DNA of 64,000 nucleotides from positions 34,784,001 to 34,848,000 of the forward strand of contig NC_087245.1 of assembly GCF_037042905.1 (NCBI RefSeq), given 5' to 3'. The DNA comes from Lytechinus pictus. Lineage: Eukaryota. The notes under the pieces are model-generated. The model did no database searches. It was not told the origin of the DNA and saw only the letters and a list, made by a program, of their open reading frames with translations. Shown in pieces: positions 13,806 to 26,066 of the stretch (its first letter is position 1; every line of letters begins with the position of its first letter). The translations under genes were made by a program, and so were the position numbers.

Positions 13806-14726
13806 ATACAAATGATGCATGGGTTAGAGTGGGTCAGTAGGAACTGTGTGCACAAGGTAACTTTGGCATGGTTTAACCCACGAGGCGCAGCCGAGTGGGT
13901 TTAGACCATAATGCCAAAGTTACCGCGTGCACACAGTTCCACTGACCCACGAAAGAAACCCATGCATCATCTGTTTTATAGAATGGAAAAATTTTATTGA
14001 ATAAACCACAAAAATTAATGATTTACCGGATGCATGATAATTTCATGCGTCCAGTAAATTCAATTTACTGGACGCATGAAAATATTTACTGGACGCATGA
14101 TTTTTTTTACTGGACGCATGATTTTTTACCGGATGCATGAAAATTCCAAAATGTAATGCAGACCCTTTGATAACCCTGGAAAACATAAATATGTATGCCT
14201 AACTTGATAATATGTTGGCACAAAGGCATCATTATACCCAAAATGCCAGATACAGCTTTGCATTGACTAGATCTATGAGGCAGCCATAGCTGTGTGTGTA
14301 TGCCCGGGCCGCTCCGGTGGCCAGTGCCTACGGCTGCCTGGGCCCGCACTGGAGATTTGGCTGTGCACAGCCAGCCCAGGGCAGTGCCAGTAGATCTATA
14401 AACGTTAGATCGTATGTCTGGACTTCTCAACTAACGAGTATGCAGGCAGTTTTAATCCCTATGACAATTACGGTAACGTATTTGTACTTACAGATCATTT
14501 TGCATCCTTTATTTGATTCATTCTGCCTTGATCGAAAATTCAAAATTTTGACGTAAACAAGCGTAACAGTACATGCGCGATGACATCACAATGACCTTTT
14601 CGGACGATAGCTTGTTTACAGTGGATATCGTTTTGATTATCGGGATATCGTTCATGCAGCCCAGTAAAAATTCTTGCATTGCTCTCAACCAATCAGATTG
14701 CAGGGATTTTCCCATCCATTCTATAA
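13806..14726. mobile_element. Element with 5' ~170-bp palindrome (CGAGGCGCAGCCGAG centre), internal/terminal IR and short tandem repeats; possibly Crypton-like
   Basis: Hairpin 13812-13970; ttatagaatgga (13976) vs tccattctataa (14715-14726); tttactggacgcatga repeats 14020-14140. Confidence 0.55.
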
Positions 14727-14829
14727 TATCTATTGAAACTCCTCAATACAAAATACTGTTATGGGAAATAAATAAGCACAGAAAGTTTGTTTCTTATTCA
14801 GCCATATCTTGACAGGTTATGTACATGTA

Positions 14830-14912
14830 TGATGATGACAATGATGATCATGGATGATGATGAGGAGGATGATGATGATTATGTTGATAATAATGGTTAT
14901 AATGATGATGAC
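14830..14912 (+). repeat. (GAT)n-like microsatellite
   Basis: gatgatgacaatgatgatcatggatgatgatgag... Confidence 0.8.
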
Positions 14913-15658
14913 AAAATATTGATGGTGGTAATACTGTATTTTTCTAAATTTAAAGTGATAGTTTTTGTCTCACCTTCATAGCAGAGAGAGACTATAGGCG
15001 CCACTTTTCCAATGCCAGTGGCGGCTACGGCAACATCGTTGTCAAAAATGAAATCTTAATCAAGGTTAAGTTTTTGAAATGCTATCATAACTTTGAAAGC
15101 ATATGGACCTAGTTCATGAAACTCAGACATAAGGGTAATCAAGTATTACTGATCATCCTGCCTGAGTGTCAGGTCACATGACTAAGGTCAAAGGTCATTT
15201 AGGGTCAATGGACTTAAACTTATTGGAGGAATCAACATTAAAATCTTAACCAAGGTTAAGTTTTTAAAATGTCGTCATAACTGAAATTTTATATAGTTCA
15301 TGAAACTTGGACATTAGGGTAGTGGTGTACCACTGAACATCCTACCTGAGTTACAGGTCACAAGAGCAAGGTCAAAGAACATTTACATTGTAGGGTCAAC
15401 AAACTTTGGCCATGTTGGGGGTATTTGTTGTATTGCTGTCATAATCTTTAAAGTTTACGGATCTCGTTAATGAAACTTGGACTTAAGAGTTATCACTATT
15501 CAAAACATCTTGAGTGAGTTTCTGGTCACATGACTAAGGTTAAAGGTAATATAGGGTTAAACTCTGGCCACTTTGGGAGTGCAGAAGATGTTGATCATCG
15601 TGGTAGTAGAAAATCGATGTAAGAGTTGATCTGTTGTCTCACGATAAAGCAAACTGCT

Positions 15659-15701
15659 ATTGCTACGTTTCAATTGCACCTGCTAGTCTTCGTCAGGCAA
15701 T
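15659..15701 (-). ncRNA. Minimal type I hammerhead ribozyme in pLTR
   Basis: Minus strand AUUGC-CUGACGA-AGACUAGCAGGUGCAAUU-GAAAC-GUA-GCAAU: intact core and helix I, weakened helix II. Confidence 0.7.
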
Positions 15702-16466
15702 GTGGATAATCGCCGCTGCACACGCTTTTTATAGCGTAAGGTGCTGGGACCGCCATGCTGCGCCAACCAATCATAAGCTGTGGACGGTGCGATCGCCGGG
15801 CCGGATGCGGACGTCGGGGAAATCCCGGCAGCGTGGAAAGCGGGCGAATTGCGGCTGTCGAGGAGTCACTGGCGGTAGCTGCACAAATTTGGTTACATGC
15901 AGACGTTGGAGGGCGGTCAATTGGTGAGCAACAGATGGTCGTAGGGGGTGTATGTCGGCAGATGGTCGGAAGCCATTCCTCGGCAATGTCAATGCCGTTA
16001 TCCCTATTGATATTATTTGGATAGCCTCTTTTACACACCGTGTGTGCCAGTGCTTATCCCGCACTATGCAGCTTACCTCATCCCAATTGATCTGCATTCC
16101 AAGCATGCTCTGCGACTGCTGAGCTATCTATGCGCTGATACTTGACAACTCTGCGATGTTTTAGCATTCTTTCGCTAATGGGTCTACCCGTTTCCTGATG
16201 TACACCTTGTCACATTTTTCACATGGTATCTTGTAGACGATGCCATCGAGTCTGTCAGGTAGCACAGGGTTTACGAATAGTAGTATCGGACTTGAAAACG
16301 GCGCGCATGCCATGCTACTCTAAGTGTCGGCGGAGCTAGCGAGAAATAGAATCAACGAACAGTATTACAACGGTAGATTTGTATTGCACAACCTCTTTGT
16401 CAGTAGCGTTCTTCCTTCGGCACGCAGCTTATGCTATAAAAGGCATGTGCAGCAGCAATAGTCCAC

Positions 16467-16509
16467 ATTGCCTGACAAAGACTAGCAGGTGCAGTCGAAA
16501 TGTCACAAT
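16467..16509 (+). ncRNA. Second, degenerate hammerhead ribozyme in inverted pLTR
   Basis: AUUGC-CUGACAA-AGACUAGCAGGUGCAGUC-GAAAU-GUC-ACAAU: helix II intact, CUGANGA core mutated. Confidence 0.6.
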
Positions 16510-17247
16510 AACAGTTTGCTTTATCGTAAGACAACAGACCAACTCTACATGATTTGGGGAATATTTGTTGAATTGCTATCATTACCTTCAAAGATTACGG
16601 ATCTAGTTCATGAAAGTTAATATAAGAGTAGTCAAGTATCATTGAACATATTGCGTGAATTTCAGATCACATGACCTATGTCAAAGGTCATTTAAAGGGA
16701 TGGTCCGGGCTGAAAATATTCATATCTTAATACATCGAGTAGAATTCACTGAGCAAAATGCCGAAAATTTCATCCAAATCGGATAACAAATAATAAAGTT
16801 GTTGTAGTTTAAACTTTAGCAATATTTTGAGAAAACAGTCATCATGAATATTCATTAGGTGGGCTGATGATGTCACATCTCCACTCTCCGTTTTCTTATG
16901 TTATTACATAAAATCATAATTTTTTCATTATTTAATATTTGTGTGAATAATATGTCTCCATTATAATGACATAAGTTGCAGCAATAAATATCTAATGCAC
17001 TAAATCAGTTGTCAATCAAATTTTTCTAGTTCTTTGAGGAAAAAAATTGAATAAACCTAATTTCATATAATAAAATACAAAAGAACAAGTGGAGATGTGA
17101 CATCATCAGCCCACCTTATGAATATTAATGACGACTGTTTTCACAAAATATTGTTAAACTTTAAAATTCAATAACTTTGTTATTTGTTATCCGATTTTGA
17201 TGAAATTTTCGGCATTTTGCTCAGTGAATTCTACTCTATTTATTAAG

Positions 17248-18590
17248 CAGGGCTCGACTTTAGCGGGAGCCCGGTGGCAATCGGCTCCCTAAAACCTTGG
17301 CGGGCTCCTTAGAAAGTAAATCAAAATGCCCGGCTTGCTCCTTAAGTTTTTCTAGTATCAGCCAAGAAAGTTCATTCATAAAAACAGTGAGTGACCTCGT
17401 AACTGTCAACATTGAGCCTGTGTTGCTTGGTTACAATAGGTGGTTTCAAACCGCCTCGATCACAAGAATCCCCGTTAAATTACGAGAACTTTTTTAGGCT
17501 GAAAAATACCCATTAATTATTCCTGCATTCACACCGCCCTGAAACATACCCTTCGGGATAAGTTCCTGAAGTTACGAGCATGCGCAGTATGGTCTGATAA
17601 GCAGCAAGGCGCGAAATTCAAAATCACTAGCCCAGCAGCAACCCATGCACGGCGCCGCACCCAACGACACGCTGGGCTAAAAATTCCCGTAATTTGCTTT
17701 CAGACCGCCAAAATACCCACGACCTTGGAAAAATCCCCGCGAAAGTTCTCGTAATTTCGCCAAGTACCTACTATTTATCGGGTATTTTCTTTCGGGGATA
17801 TTACGCGTAGTTTGCTTTCAGACCGCCAAAATACCTGGTATTTTCTGATCGGGGTAAATTTCCCGATCAGAGAATACCTGGAACTGGCGAACTTCGAGGC
17901 GGTCTGAAACCACCTAATGGTATGTCCCCATGGCAGGGGTCATTGTATGAGCCCCTTGGGCATTCCTAGTGCCTGTGGCTGAGTTTAATGTAAACAAAGA
18001 TGTCTTTTCTGAAATAATGGGTGAGATGAATGTGATTTGAGTGGAAATTGAATATGCAATGAAACAGATTGAGCAAAGGATGAAAATATCATATTTTGGG
18101 AAGGTTCTGAAAGAAAAGTGTATTCCTAGTGGTTAAATGCATTTTCAATAGTTTTTGTCATTTATTTTCCTCTCTGCAAATGATATTAATTATTGCTTGC
18201 TCAATCTGTTGAGCAATATTGAAGATTGAATGAATATAAATTTGAACAGACAAGCGAGGAAGAGTGACTTATCCAGTGCTATATCTCATTCTGATAAAAC
18301 CTGAAGTCCAATGTTAGACTGTTACTGTAACAAAAGGGCTTCACAAAAGTCAATTGCTGTAAGATTAATTCTTCAGTTCAGTTAATCCTCACATTTACTT
18401 AATAATAATACACCTGGTATTGATGATTATAAAAACAAGGAATTGTGTTGGTGTGTTTTAATACTGACCATTGTTATGACCCCCCAAAAATGTGATAAAC
18501 TTGGGCTCCCTGAACCCCTTGCGGGCTCCCTAAAAAAGTGGTTGAGGAGCCCGGCTGGCTCCCTAAAAAAAAAGTAAAGGTCAGGCCCTG
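17248..18590. mobile_element. CAGGG-ended hAT-like element with 6-bp TSD (attaag)
   Basis: attaag|cagggctcgactt ... aaggtcaggccctg|attaag; subterminal ggctccc/ggagcc repeats. Confidence 0.75.
17438..17915. mobile_element. Harbinger-like MITE, 3-bp TSD (aat)
   Basis: aat|aggtggtttcaaaccgcctcga ... tcgaggcggtctgaaaccacct|aat. Confidence 0.8.
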
Positions 18591-19428
18591 ATTAAGCTAT
18601 ACATACTTTCAGCCCGGACCATCCCTTTAAGGTCAATGAATTTTTGCCATTGAGTTTGAATTTTATTCATAAATCAACAACTTTTCTCTTCTTGAATGAT
18701 GGTTGAAGGTGAAAACTCAATTCACAATAAAATGAAATTCAATATTCATTGATAGCAATTTAACATATCAAATTGCTGTTTGGAGAAATATGTACCTGTA
18801 TAAATGCATTATTGAAACTACCAGCAATGTCACACTAAAAAATCTTATTATCTTTCATACTGGTATGAAACTGTCAACCTTCGAAATGAAATCTATTTTT
18901 TATTTCCAGATATAATCATCATACAATACAAGTTTGGTGGTTATAAGTAAATTGTATCTGGTTTGGTGATTTGGAAAAGATAATGGTATGTACCCATACT
19001 TGGTTAACTCCATTTGGAAATTGCATGCGTTTGATACATTCCCATTCCAGAAGGACAGCTATATTATATTAACCACTAACACCACATCTAGCAAGTAACA
19101 CAAGAGCAAGCACGGTGCTTATGCACAGGTCTCCATGTATGGCTGTGTGTGGATGACTTCTCATGTCAGGGATAATTGGAAAAAGGCATGTAAACCAAGA
19201 TAGATTATTACTAGAGTAGAAGGTGAATAGAAAGCCAAAATAAAACATGGGAAACTAATGACACTAACATACATATGCTTAATGGGAAATCTACTAACAA
19301 GAAAAATGCAAGTTTGTTACTGGGTTCATTAAACATAGAGATGCTGTTTTCCCTGGTAGTTAGGCCTGATTCATGATCATCCCATTTTTTTTAATTGGTG
19401 GCTGCCAAGGATTTTTTTGGCGAAGACT

Positions 19429-19716
19429 ACTACTAATAATAATAATAACGGCATATTTACCCAGGGTAGCCACTTCAGTTCCGAAAACTGTTCTCCCAGC
19501 GAGCCCTGCTATTATTATTAGCACGGCTATCTTGATCGGGCGCTCGAGCATTCGAGGAATATCTTCCTACCGGGTACCCATTCACCTCACCTGGGTCGAG
19601 TGCAGCACAATGTGGATAAATTTCTTGCCATAGGAAATCTCGCCATGGCTGGGATTCGAACCCACGACCCTCTGTTTCAAAGTCCAGAGACTAATCCACT
19701 GGGCCACAACGCTCCA
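19429..19716 (-). mobile_element. Apparently full-length tRNA-derived SINE with 8-bp TSD (cgaagact)
   Basis: Minus strand A box tggcccagtgg, B box ggttcgaatccc, body cactcgacccaggtgaggtgaatgggtacc, (TTA)n tail; cgaagact at 19421 and 19717. Confidence 0.88.
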
Positions 19717-21139
19717 CGAAGACTGGTGGACCGATGAAATAGAGAATATTCCAGTGCCGCCAAAGACTGAAGATTATCAGCCACTTTTTATATTTGTTCA
19801 TATAGATCTACAAAAGGGACAGTTTTGTAAAGTTTGTCAAATTTTGTTTCAAATTATCATGTCAATATTTTGATGTTCATATATGCTCTGAAGTCTTATC
19901 TTTCAAATGCCACTAGAAGTTTTGTTAATGCTTGAACGAACACAAAATGTTTCTGTTGCGGGTTAAAAAAAAAACCTGCACCAAATTTCCAGAAAATCAT
20001 AAATATGATCATCAGACTTAGTAATCAGAAGACTCTTCTCAATTTTTTCATTATTTTGCCATTAATTTCTAATGCTATTTATTCATCTGATTTTGTTTTT
20101 GCCATTTTTGTCTCACCAAAACAAAGTGCGGCAGAGACCTAGGATTTTGGTCTGTTAGTCTGTTACAGAAATGTTCAAGTTTTTGTTCAACTTGCTCGAA
20201 TTTCTTTCTTTTCAGCATCAATTTATTTGTGAATCAATTTTAATAATCACACTTGGCTCAAATGATTTTTGGGTACCACGTGTGTGAACAATCTAGGGGT
20301 TAAAAGGTAAAAAGGTCTTGCTCTCATTTTATTATTTCTGCATCATTCTTGCTCAGCCGTGGTACATATATGATCCCTGTGTAATACCACATGTGTCCAT
20401 GAAGATTAAGGGGTCAAAGGTCATCTAGAGTACAAAAGGTCAAATGATACAAGGTCATCCATCCTTTTTCAAAGTTTTTGTTTAACTTGCTCTCATTTCT
20501 TTATTTCTGCATCTAAGTGAGTCAATTTCCCTGATTAATGTGACCTCAAAGTTTTAGCTAGCATCTCAAAATAATCCTGGAACATGTTCCAAAGATCATG
20601 TCGAATTGATGTCATGATGCACATTTTGACTAGCCTAACAATCACAGATTTTGATGGTATTGTTGGACTAGTAAATTTGCCATTTCTGAAAAAGTTACTG
20701 GTCTGACAACAAGAGCGATTTTTACCTGAGACTGTCGGACCGGCGCTAGTGCCGCGCGCTGGTGTAATGAAATGTCATGCTACTAACCTCAAGTTAATAA
20801 ACATCATTCAGTTTTCATTCAATGGCTAGCCCTGAATGTTAGACTTTCTAGACAATCAATAATTTCTGCATTGTTTGATTTTTGTATTATGCAAGTGTAC
20901 ATTTGAAATGTTAAAGTGTTATTTTATGAAAGCATTGATATCAGCTACAAAATCTATCCATCCACGTACCTGTAAATTTGTTTTAAAACTAAATCTTGTA
21001 CGGTGCACCAGAAATTATAAATATAATTTTTCATATCTCAGTTTTAAAAAGATAGTCATGCAAAAAAGAAGCTATTTTTATTATTAGGAGTCTATGACAT
21101 TTGGCCAATATCTGGTTTCATATTTCGTCATTTTGAAGA

Positions 21140-21870
21140 TTTTCAAGTTAACATAACTATGTGGGCCTAGTTCATAAAAATTAGACATAATGGTTATCAA
21201 GTATTACTGAACATCCTGTCAGAGTTTGAGGTCAAAGGTGTTTTTGGGTATAATGAACTTAGACCATGATGGTGGAATCAACATCAAAATCTTAACCGAA
21301 GATTAAGTTTTTTAAATGTCATCATAATTTAGAAAGTACATGGACCTAGTTCATAAAACTTGGACATAAGGATAAAGTATATTGAACATCCTGCCTGAGT
21401 TTGAGGTCAAATATCATTGAGGGTCAATGAACTTTGGCCTATGTTTCGTGTTTTTTGTTGATTTCCATCGTAACTTTGATAGTTTATGGATCTGGTTCAT
21501 GAAACTTGGACATAAGAGTAATCAAGTATCACTGAACATCCTTTGTAAGTTTCAGGTCACATGATTAAGGTCAATTAACTTTGGCCGTGTTGGGGGTATT
21601 CGTTGAATTGCCATCATAACTTTGAAAGATTATGAATCTAATTCAGGAGAAATGTGGACATTAGGGTAATTAAGTATCACTGATCGTCTTGCATAAGTTT
21701 TCGGTCACACAATCAAGGTCAAATGTCATTTAGGGTCAATGAACATGGAATTTTATTATCATATGAATGGTGTTTTTGTGAATAATTATTCTGTAGTCGA
21801 TTTTTAAAGTCAGCACTGCTGCTATATTGAATCGCATAATGCAGGCAAGACTGCCAGAATATGCTTGTTA
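21140..21870 (+). mobile_element. HINE-like subfamily A, 5' truncated
   Basis: Core repeats and 3' atgcaggcaagactgccag...cttgtt. Confidence 0.65.
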
Positions 21871-22187
21871 TTTTGTACAAAGTTTCTCCTTTTTAATGTA
21901 TTTTTCATGCTTATTCTTTATAGTTGAAAAATGTGCCTATAATTTTCATTGCTCTGAATTGTGCGCCAGACATTTAATTTGTTTTTTATCATCAGAATGA
22001 AAATATATCACATTTTAAAATCTAAGTACAAGATTTAATACCATAATAATGTATCTTTGATAGATCACTTCATTCATCTGCAAGTTAATCATTATCATTT
22101 TTATTCATCGTATATCATGTTGGAAATTTGTAAATTGCAGGTTGTTATCGGTTCTAAATCAATTATTTTCATTCTTCTCTGAACCAG

Positions 22188-22379
22188 GGTAACGCTGGAG
22201 TAGGACTGTCGATTCTAATCATCCTCATGACTGTGGCGGTAGCTCTTGTCTCGTCGTTGGCAGCCATCGGGGTCTGTGAGAGATGTAAGATGGAGAGCGG
22301 GGGCATCTATTTTCTCTTGTCCCATGTCCTTGGAGCTAGGATGGGGGCAACACTTGGAATCCTTTATTCCTTTGGGCAG
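22188..22379 (+). CDS. SLC12A8: SLC12A8 coding exon 3 (GNAGVGLSILIILMTV...GGIYFLLSHVLGARMGATLGILYSFGQ)
   Basis: cag| acceptor, |gtaatt donor, 192 nt phase 0/0; CCC-family GGxY-xx-S-xx-LG motif. Confidence 0.96.
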
Positions 22380-22891
22380 GTAATTCACACAACGATGATC
22401 ATATGATTATTCATGTCATTTACGTTTATTCACTTGGTCTAACATCAATTAAAATTATCAATTGAATAGCACTGATTTTCACCGTGACTTTCTTTATATT
22501 CTCAAGAATATTTGTTAATATTCGATCAATGTTATTGGTGTCACTTTTTTTGATATTTCAGTCTAACAGTCATTATTGATTATCATCAATATATTTTATT
22601 TTTAAACTGTTTATTTGATTCATATATTGGCAGATGAATTCTTATAATTCGTTTTTTATACGCCCGTCCCAGACAGGACGAATCATGGTATCACGCTCTG
22701 TGTCTGTCCGTCTGTCTGTCTGTCCGTCCGTTAACTTTTCCTAACGCGATAACTTCGGTTTTTCCTAGGCTCATCGATCTCTTACAAGTTTCCTCCAATC
22801 TACCTGCTCCAGAATGTCAGAAGGTATTTTGGCTTGTGTTAGCCCTATCTTATCAAGGTGTCCTTGAAGTGAAGGAGGGGATATGTCATAT

Positions 22892-23499
22892 CAGGGATGC
22901 CACTTTTCCGTCTTTATACGGAATTCCGGCTTTTTCCCTGCCATCTGTCTTATTTCCGTATTTCCGACTTTTCCTGTTTTCTGTGTATTAAAAAACCGGA
23001 AAGTCCTCCCTTTCCCCCCTCTCTCATGCATGTCGGCTAGCCCAAGGAGCTCCGGCCCGATTTGCGGGCCGGAGCTACCTGGGTTAGCTGATACATTGTC
23101 TTTATTTACGGGCCAACAACTCTTCAGTCTATGTATTGGTGAGTGGAGCCAACGCGGTTCAGCTGAACAACCAAAATACAGAGACTGAAGCTTTTGGTCT
23201 AGCGTTCTATGAGAAACACACAACTAATTACCGTCAGTTTTTTAAACCTAATTGACTTTAAAGTCATCGATCACAACAAGGTAAGAAGCCACTTGGTCCT
23301 CCCCCCCTCCCCTAAATTTGAGGTGGGGGCGGACCCCTCCTCCTAATTTTTTTTTTTTTTTCGCTTGTCCAATTCTTTACCTGTGTCCATCCCAAAATTT
23401 AAGGTGGACCCCCCTAAATTTTTTTCTTTGCCTTCTTGGACACTGTCCCGGCCCGCGATAAGTTTCAGTATTTTTGGAGGACACCTAGTGGCATCCCTG
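22892..23499. mobile_element. hAT5-like element with 13-bp perfect TIR and 5-bp TSD (catat)
   Basis: catat|cagggatgccact ... agtggcatccctg|catat. Confidence 0.6.
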
Positions 23500-23504
23500 C
23501 ATAT

Positions 23505-23855
23505 ACCCTGTGCACGTTTCAGGAACATGGCCAAGATCAAAGGTCATTTAAAGGTCAATGAACTCTGGCCGTGTTGGGGGTATGTGTTGAATTGGCATTA
23601 TGAATTAGAAAGTTTATGGATCTAACTCATGAAACATCGACATAAGGGTAATCAAGTATTAGTGGCGTTTTGCACATGTCTTAGGTTACACGATCATGGT
23701 CAAAGGTCATTTTGGGTCAATGGACATAGTATTTTATTATCACATAAGTGTTTTCTTCTGTGAATAATTAATTAGCTGTTTTCAAAGGCAGCACTGCAGT
23801 GCTGCTATATCGAATTGCGTAATGCAGGCGAGACTCCAGAGGCGTTCCACTTGTT
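23505..23855 (+). mobile_element. HINE-like subfamily A 3' fragment
   Basis: Cores plus aatgcaggcgagactccagaggcgttccacttgtt end. Confidence 0.7.
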
Positions 23856-24836
23856 CCTAGCCATTCATAACGATCTGAGACTCTACAAAACAGTTTGCAG
23901 AAAAAAGGGGACATGAAAAGAAAATTTGAAGCTGACCTGCCTGGTTACGCCTTTCTCGTCAACAGAGGGTATAAGAACCCAAAGTCGACACCAGCGATGT
24001 CTCGGCCTTACCCAGGCAGGCAGGTGCCTTTACACTATCAGACCCAGCCGAGCAACAAAAATCAATCAGACAGACAAGGTTGAAGGGTAGAAGAAAGCAC
24101 ACAGAATGTTAGGCACATGTGACTGCAGTGGCCATCTTTCATCTGGTTTCAATTATTGATGTGTGTGTGGGTGTGTGTGTGCCTTTCAACTTGTTTATCT
24201 CATGTTTCATTCCAACAAGCAGGCGACTGCATCAATTGTTCCCACCCTGTCTTTCCCTCTCTCTTCCTCTTATTCTCTCCATTTGAAGTCCTGCTCTATT
24301 ATCTTTCTTTATCTCTTTCCCTTTTATTTTCATATCCCTCGTGTGTGTATCCATTTTTTTCTTGTTCTTTGTTTTGTCGCCTCTGTGTCCGTCTTCGTAG
24401 TCAGTTCTACAATAATTATTTAGAGGGGTCCACACAATACAAGCACTGCTTTTTAGTGGATCCCTCCATTTTCTCAGAATTTTATTTTATAATGATATTT
24501 TGCTTTAAATACTTTGTTTTGTTTTACTTATGGAAAAATATATATCTTACATGCCTCAATTTATATTGTCTGTATAAAGTTCATTGTAATTATTTCGACC
24601 ACTTTACTTTGTTCTGTTGAAAATTAAATTTCTCTTTAACATCAGCCTCCGCTTTCTCTTTCTCAGTCGACAGTCCATTTGCTTCACTGCCGATAACTTT
24701 ACAGGCCTGTGGTGAAGACCTTGTGACGGTGCAGGAAATACCAGCTACCTGTTTAGAAGTTATATATCTTCAAATCATGTGCTGCTATTACAACTGTTGA
24801 ACGCTATCCTCTTATATTTTTTTTCTTTAATTTCAG

Positions 24837-25068
24837 ACTGTAGCCTGCTCACTCTACTGTACAGGTTTTGGGGAGTCTGTTGCCAAGACCTTTGGTTGGG
24901 ACAATGCCTGGGCCGTCAGGGGCGTTGGGATAGCGGTCATCTTGCTTCTACTGGCCATTAATATTGCAGGGGTCAAATGGGTCATCAAGATGCAGCTCCT
25001 CCTTCTGGCTGTCTTGGGCGTTGCTACTCTGGACTTCCTAGTTGGGACAGTAGCCCATACTGACAAAG
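24837..25068 (+). CDS. SLC12A8: SLC12A8 coding exon 4 (TVACSLYCTGFGESV...INIAGVKWVIKMQLLLLAVLGVATLDFLVGTVAHTDK)
   Basis: tttcag| acceptor, G|gtacc donor, 232 nt phase 0/1. Confidence 0.95.
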
Positions 25069-26066
25069 GTACCCTTGTCCTTGAGTGCAAGGACGAATTA
25101 AGCATTTTGTAAATGATAAGGCACAGACAGGGGATGGATATCTTAAGGATGAAAGAGATGCAATTGCATAAAACAAAATTTCACGAGCAAAAAAGAAATG
25201 AAATGTAAGATTTGGCTCTTCAAAAGGGAAGACACAATGCCAATATTTTGAGCAAATAGGGCAGGTAATGTCCGTCTACTCCCTTTCTTACCTTGTTACA
25301 TGCATGACTGACTGAGTGATAGGTAGGAGGTCAAAAAGTGTAGCTCTTCAAAATTTGTCATATTTCAACGAAGTGAAAGGTCTTTTCCACTCAGTAACGG
25401 GATGCTCTCCATTTTATAGTGAAAGGATGTACTGAAGTGCTGTTAACAGTGTTTTTTTTATTTCTCATTGTACAATTAAATCCATATAATGATTGAAATA
25501 TGTTTTTTAGGTGAAGTCAAAGATTTGATATTTTATCTTTAAAAAATTATTCAATCATAGAGAGTGGATTTATTATCAGGTCACCGCTTACAAGGGTGAT
25601 CGTTACTAACATGCTCAGTAACTGGTTATTGTTTATCCAACAAATCAACATCAAAAGGGAGGCCACCTAGGCTCATTCGATTAGAGCACCTGTTTTAGGT
25701 TCGAATCCTGCTCATGACAAATCATGTCTTACTAACTAAATAAAAAAGATCGCTGTATTCAGTGAAGATGTGAATGCAGTTGAAAAACATCACAAAAGAC
25801 TCAAATGTTTGTCCCATTATAGGAGAGTCATAACCTATGCACTTTAAAACCAATATTCTATTTCGAAAGAGTAGGGTGTTCATCCAGTGTATTGCACCTG
25901 CCAGTCCCAGGCAAACCTCTGTAGTACGATGATACACCAGAAGGTGGTCTGTACTCTGAGAGGAAAGAAAAAGAATACCAATGACCAACATTTTTATTAT
26001 AACTTTATCAAGTCCCATCTATACCACTCAAGTGCTTCTTCATATTTTCCTTTCCTTGCTATACAG

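Larger units (their letters stand above)
15581..16549 (-). mobile_element. Penelope-like retroelement remnant: frameshifted GIY-YIG endonuclease flanked by inverted pLTRs
   Basis: Minus strand reads DGIVYKIPCEKCDKVYI/ETGRPISERMLKH...SAVAEHAW/INWDEVSCIVRDKHWHTRCVKEAIQI/NINRDNGIDIAEEWLP; inverted ~122-bp repeats 15618-15740 and 16428-16549. Confidence 0.88.
16696..18626. mobile_element. Kolobok-like non-autonomous element, TTAA TSD, interrupted
   Basis: ttaa|agggatggtccgggctgaaa ... tttcagcccggaccatccct|ttaa. Confidence 0.85.
14962..18650 (+). mobile_element. HINE-like element subfamily A, host of Penelope and nested DNA-transposon insertions
   Basis: Starts tttttgtctcacc...gagactataggcgcc; core repeats resume after each insertion (at ~16550 and 18631 ggtcaatgaa). 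Confidence 0.7.

Noticed and set aside
15634..16106. Overlapping 89-122 aa ORFs as host genes
   Set aside because: GC-rich Penelope remnant; only frameshifted minus-strand pieces carry GIY-YIG similarity.
19640..19716. tRNA gene
   Set aside because: A/B boxes continue into a SINE body, (TTA)n tail and TSD; no complete cloverleaf or terminator.
24156..24620. 154-aa ORF
   Set aside because: Low-complexity pyrimidine-rich intron sequence with no recognisable homology or splice fit.
24700..24745. Possible third hammerhead (ctgtggtgaagacc...ggtgcaggaaa)
   Set aside because: CUGANGA core and helix I are not intact; too degenerate to call.
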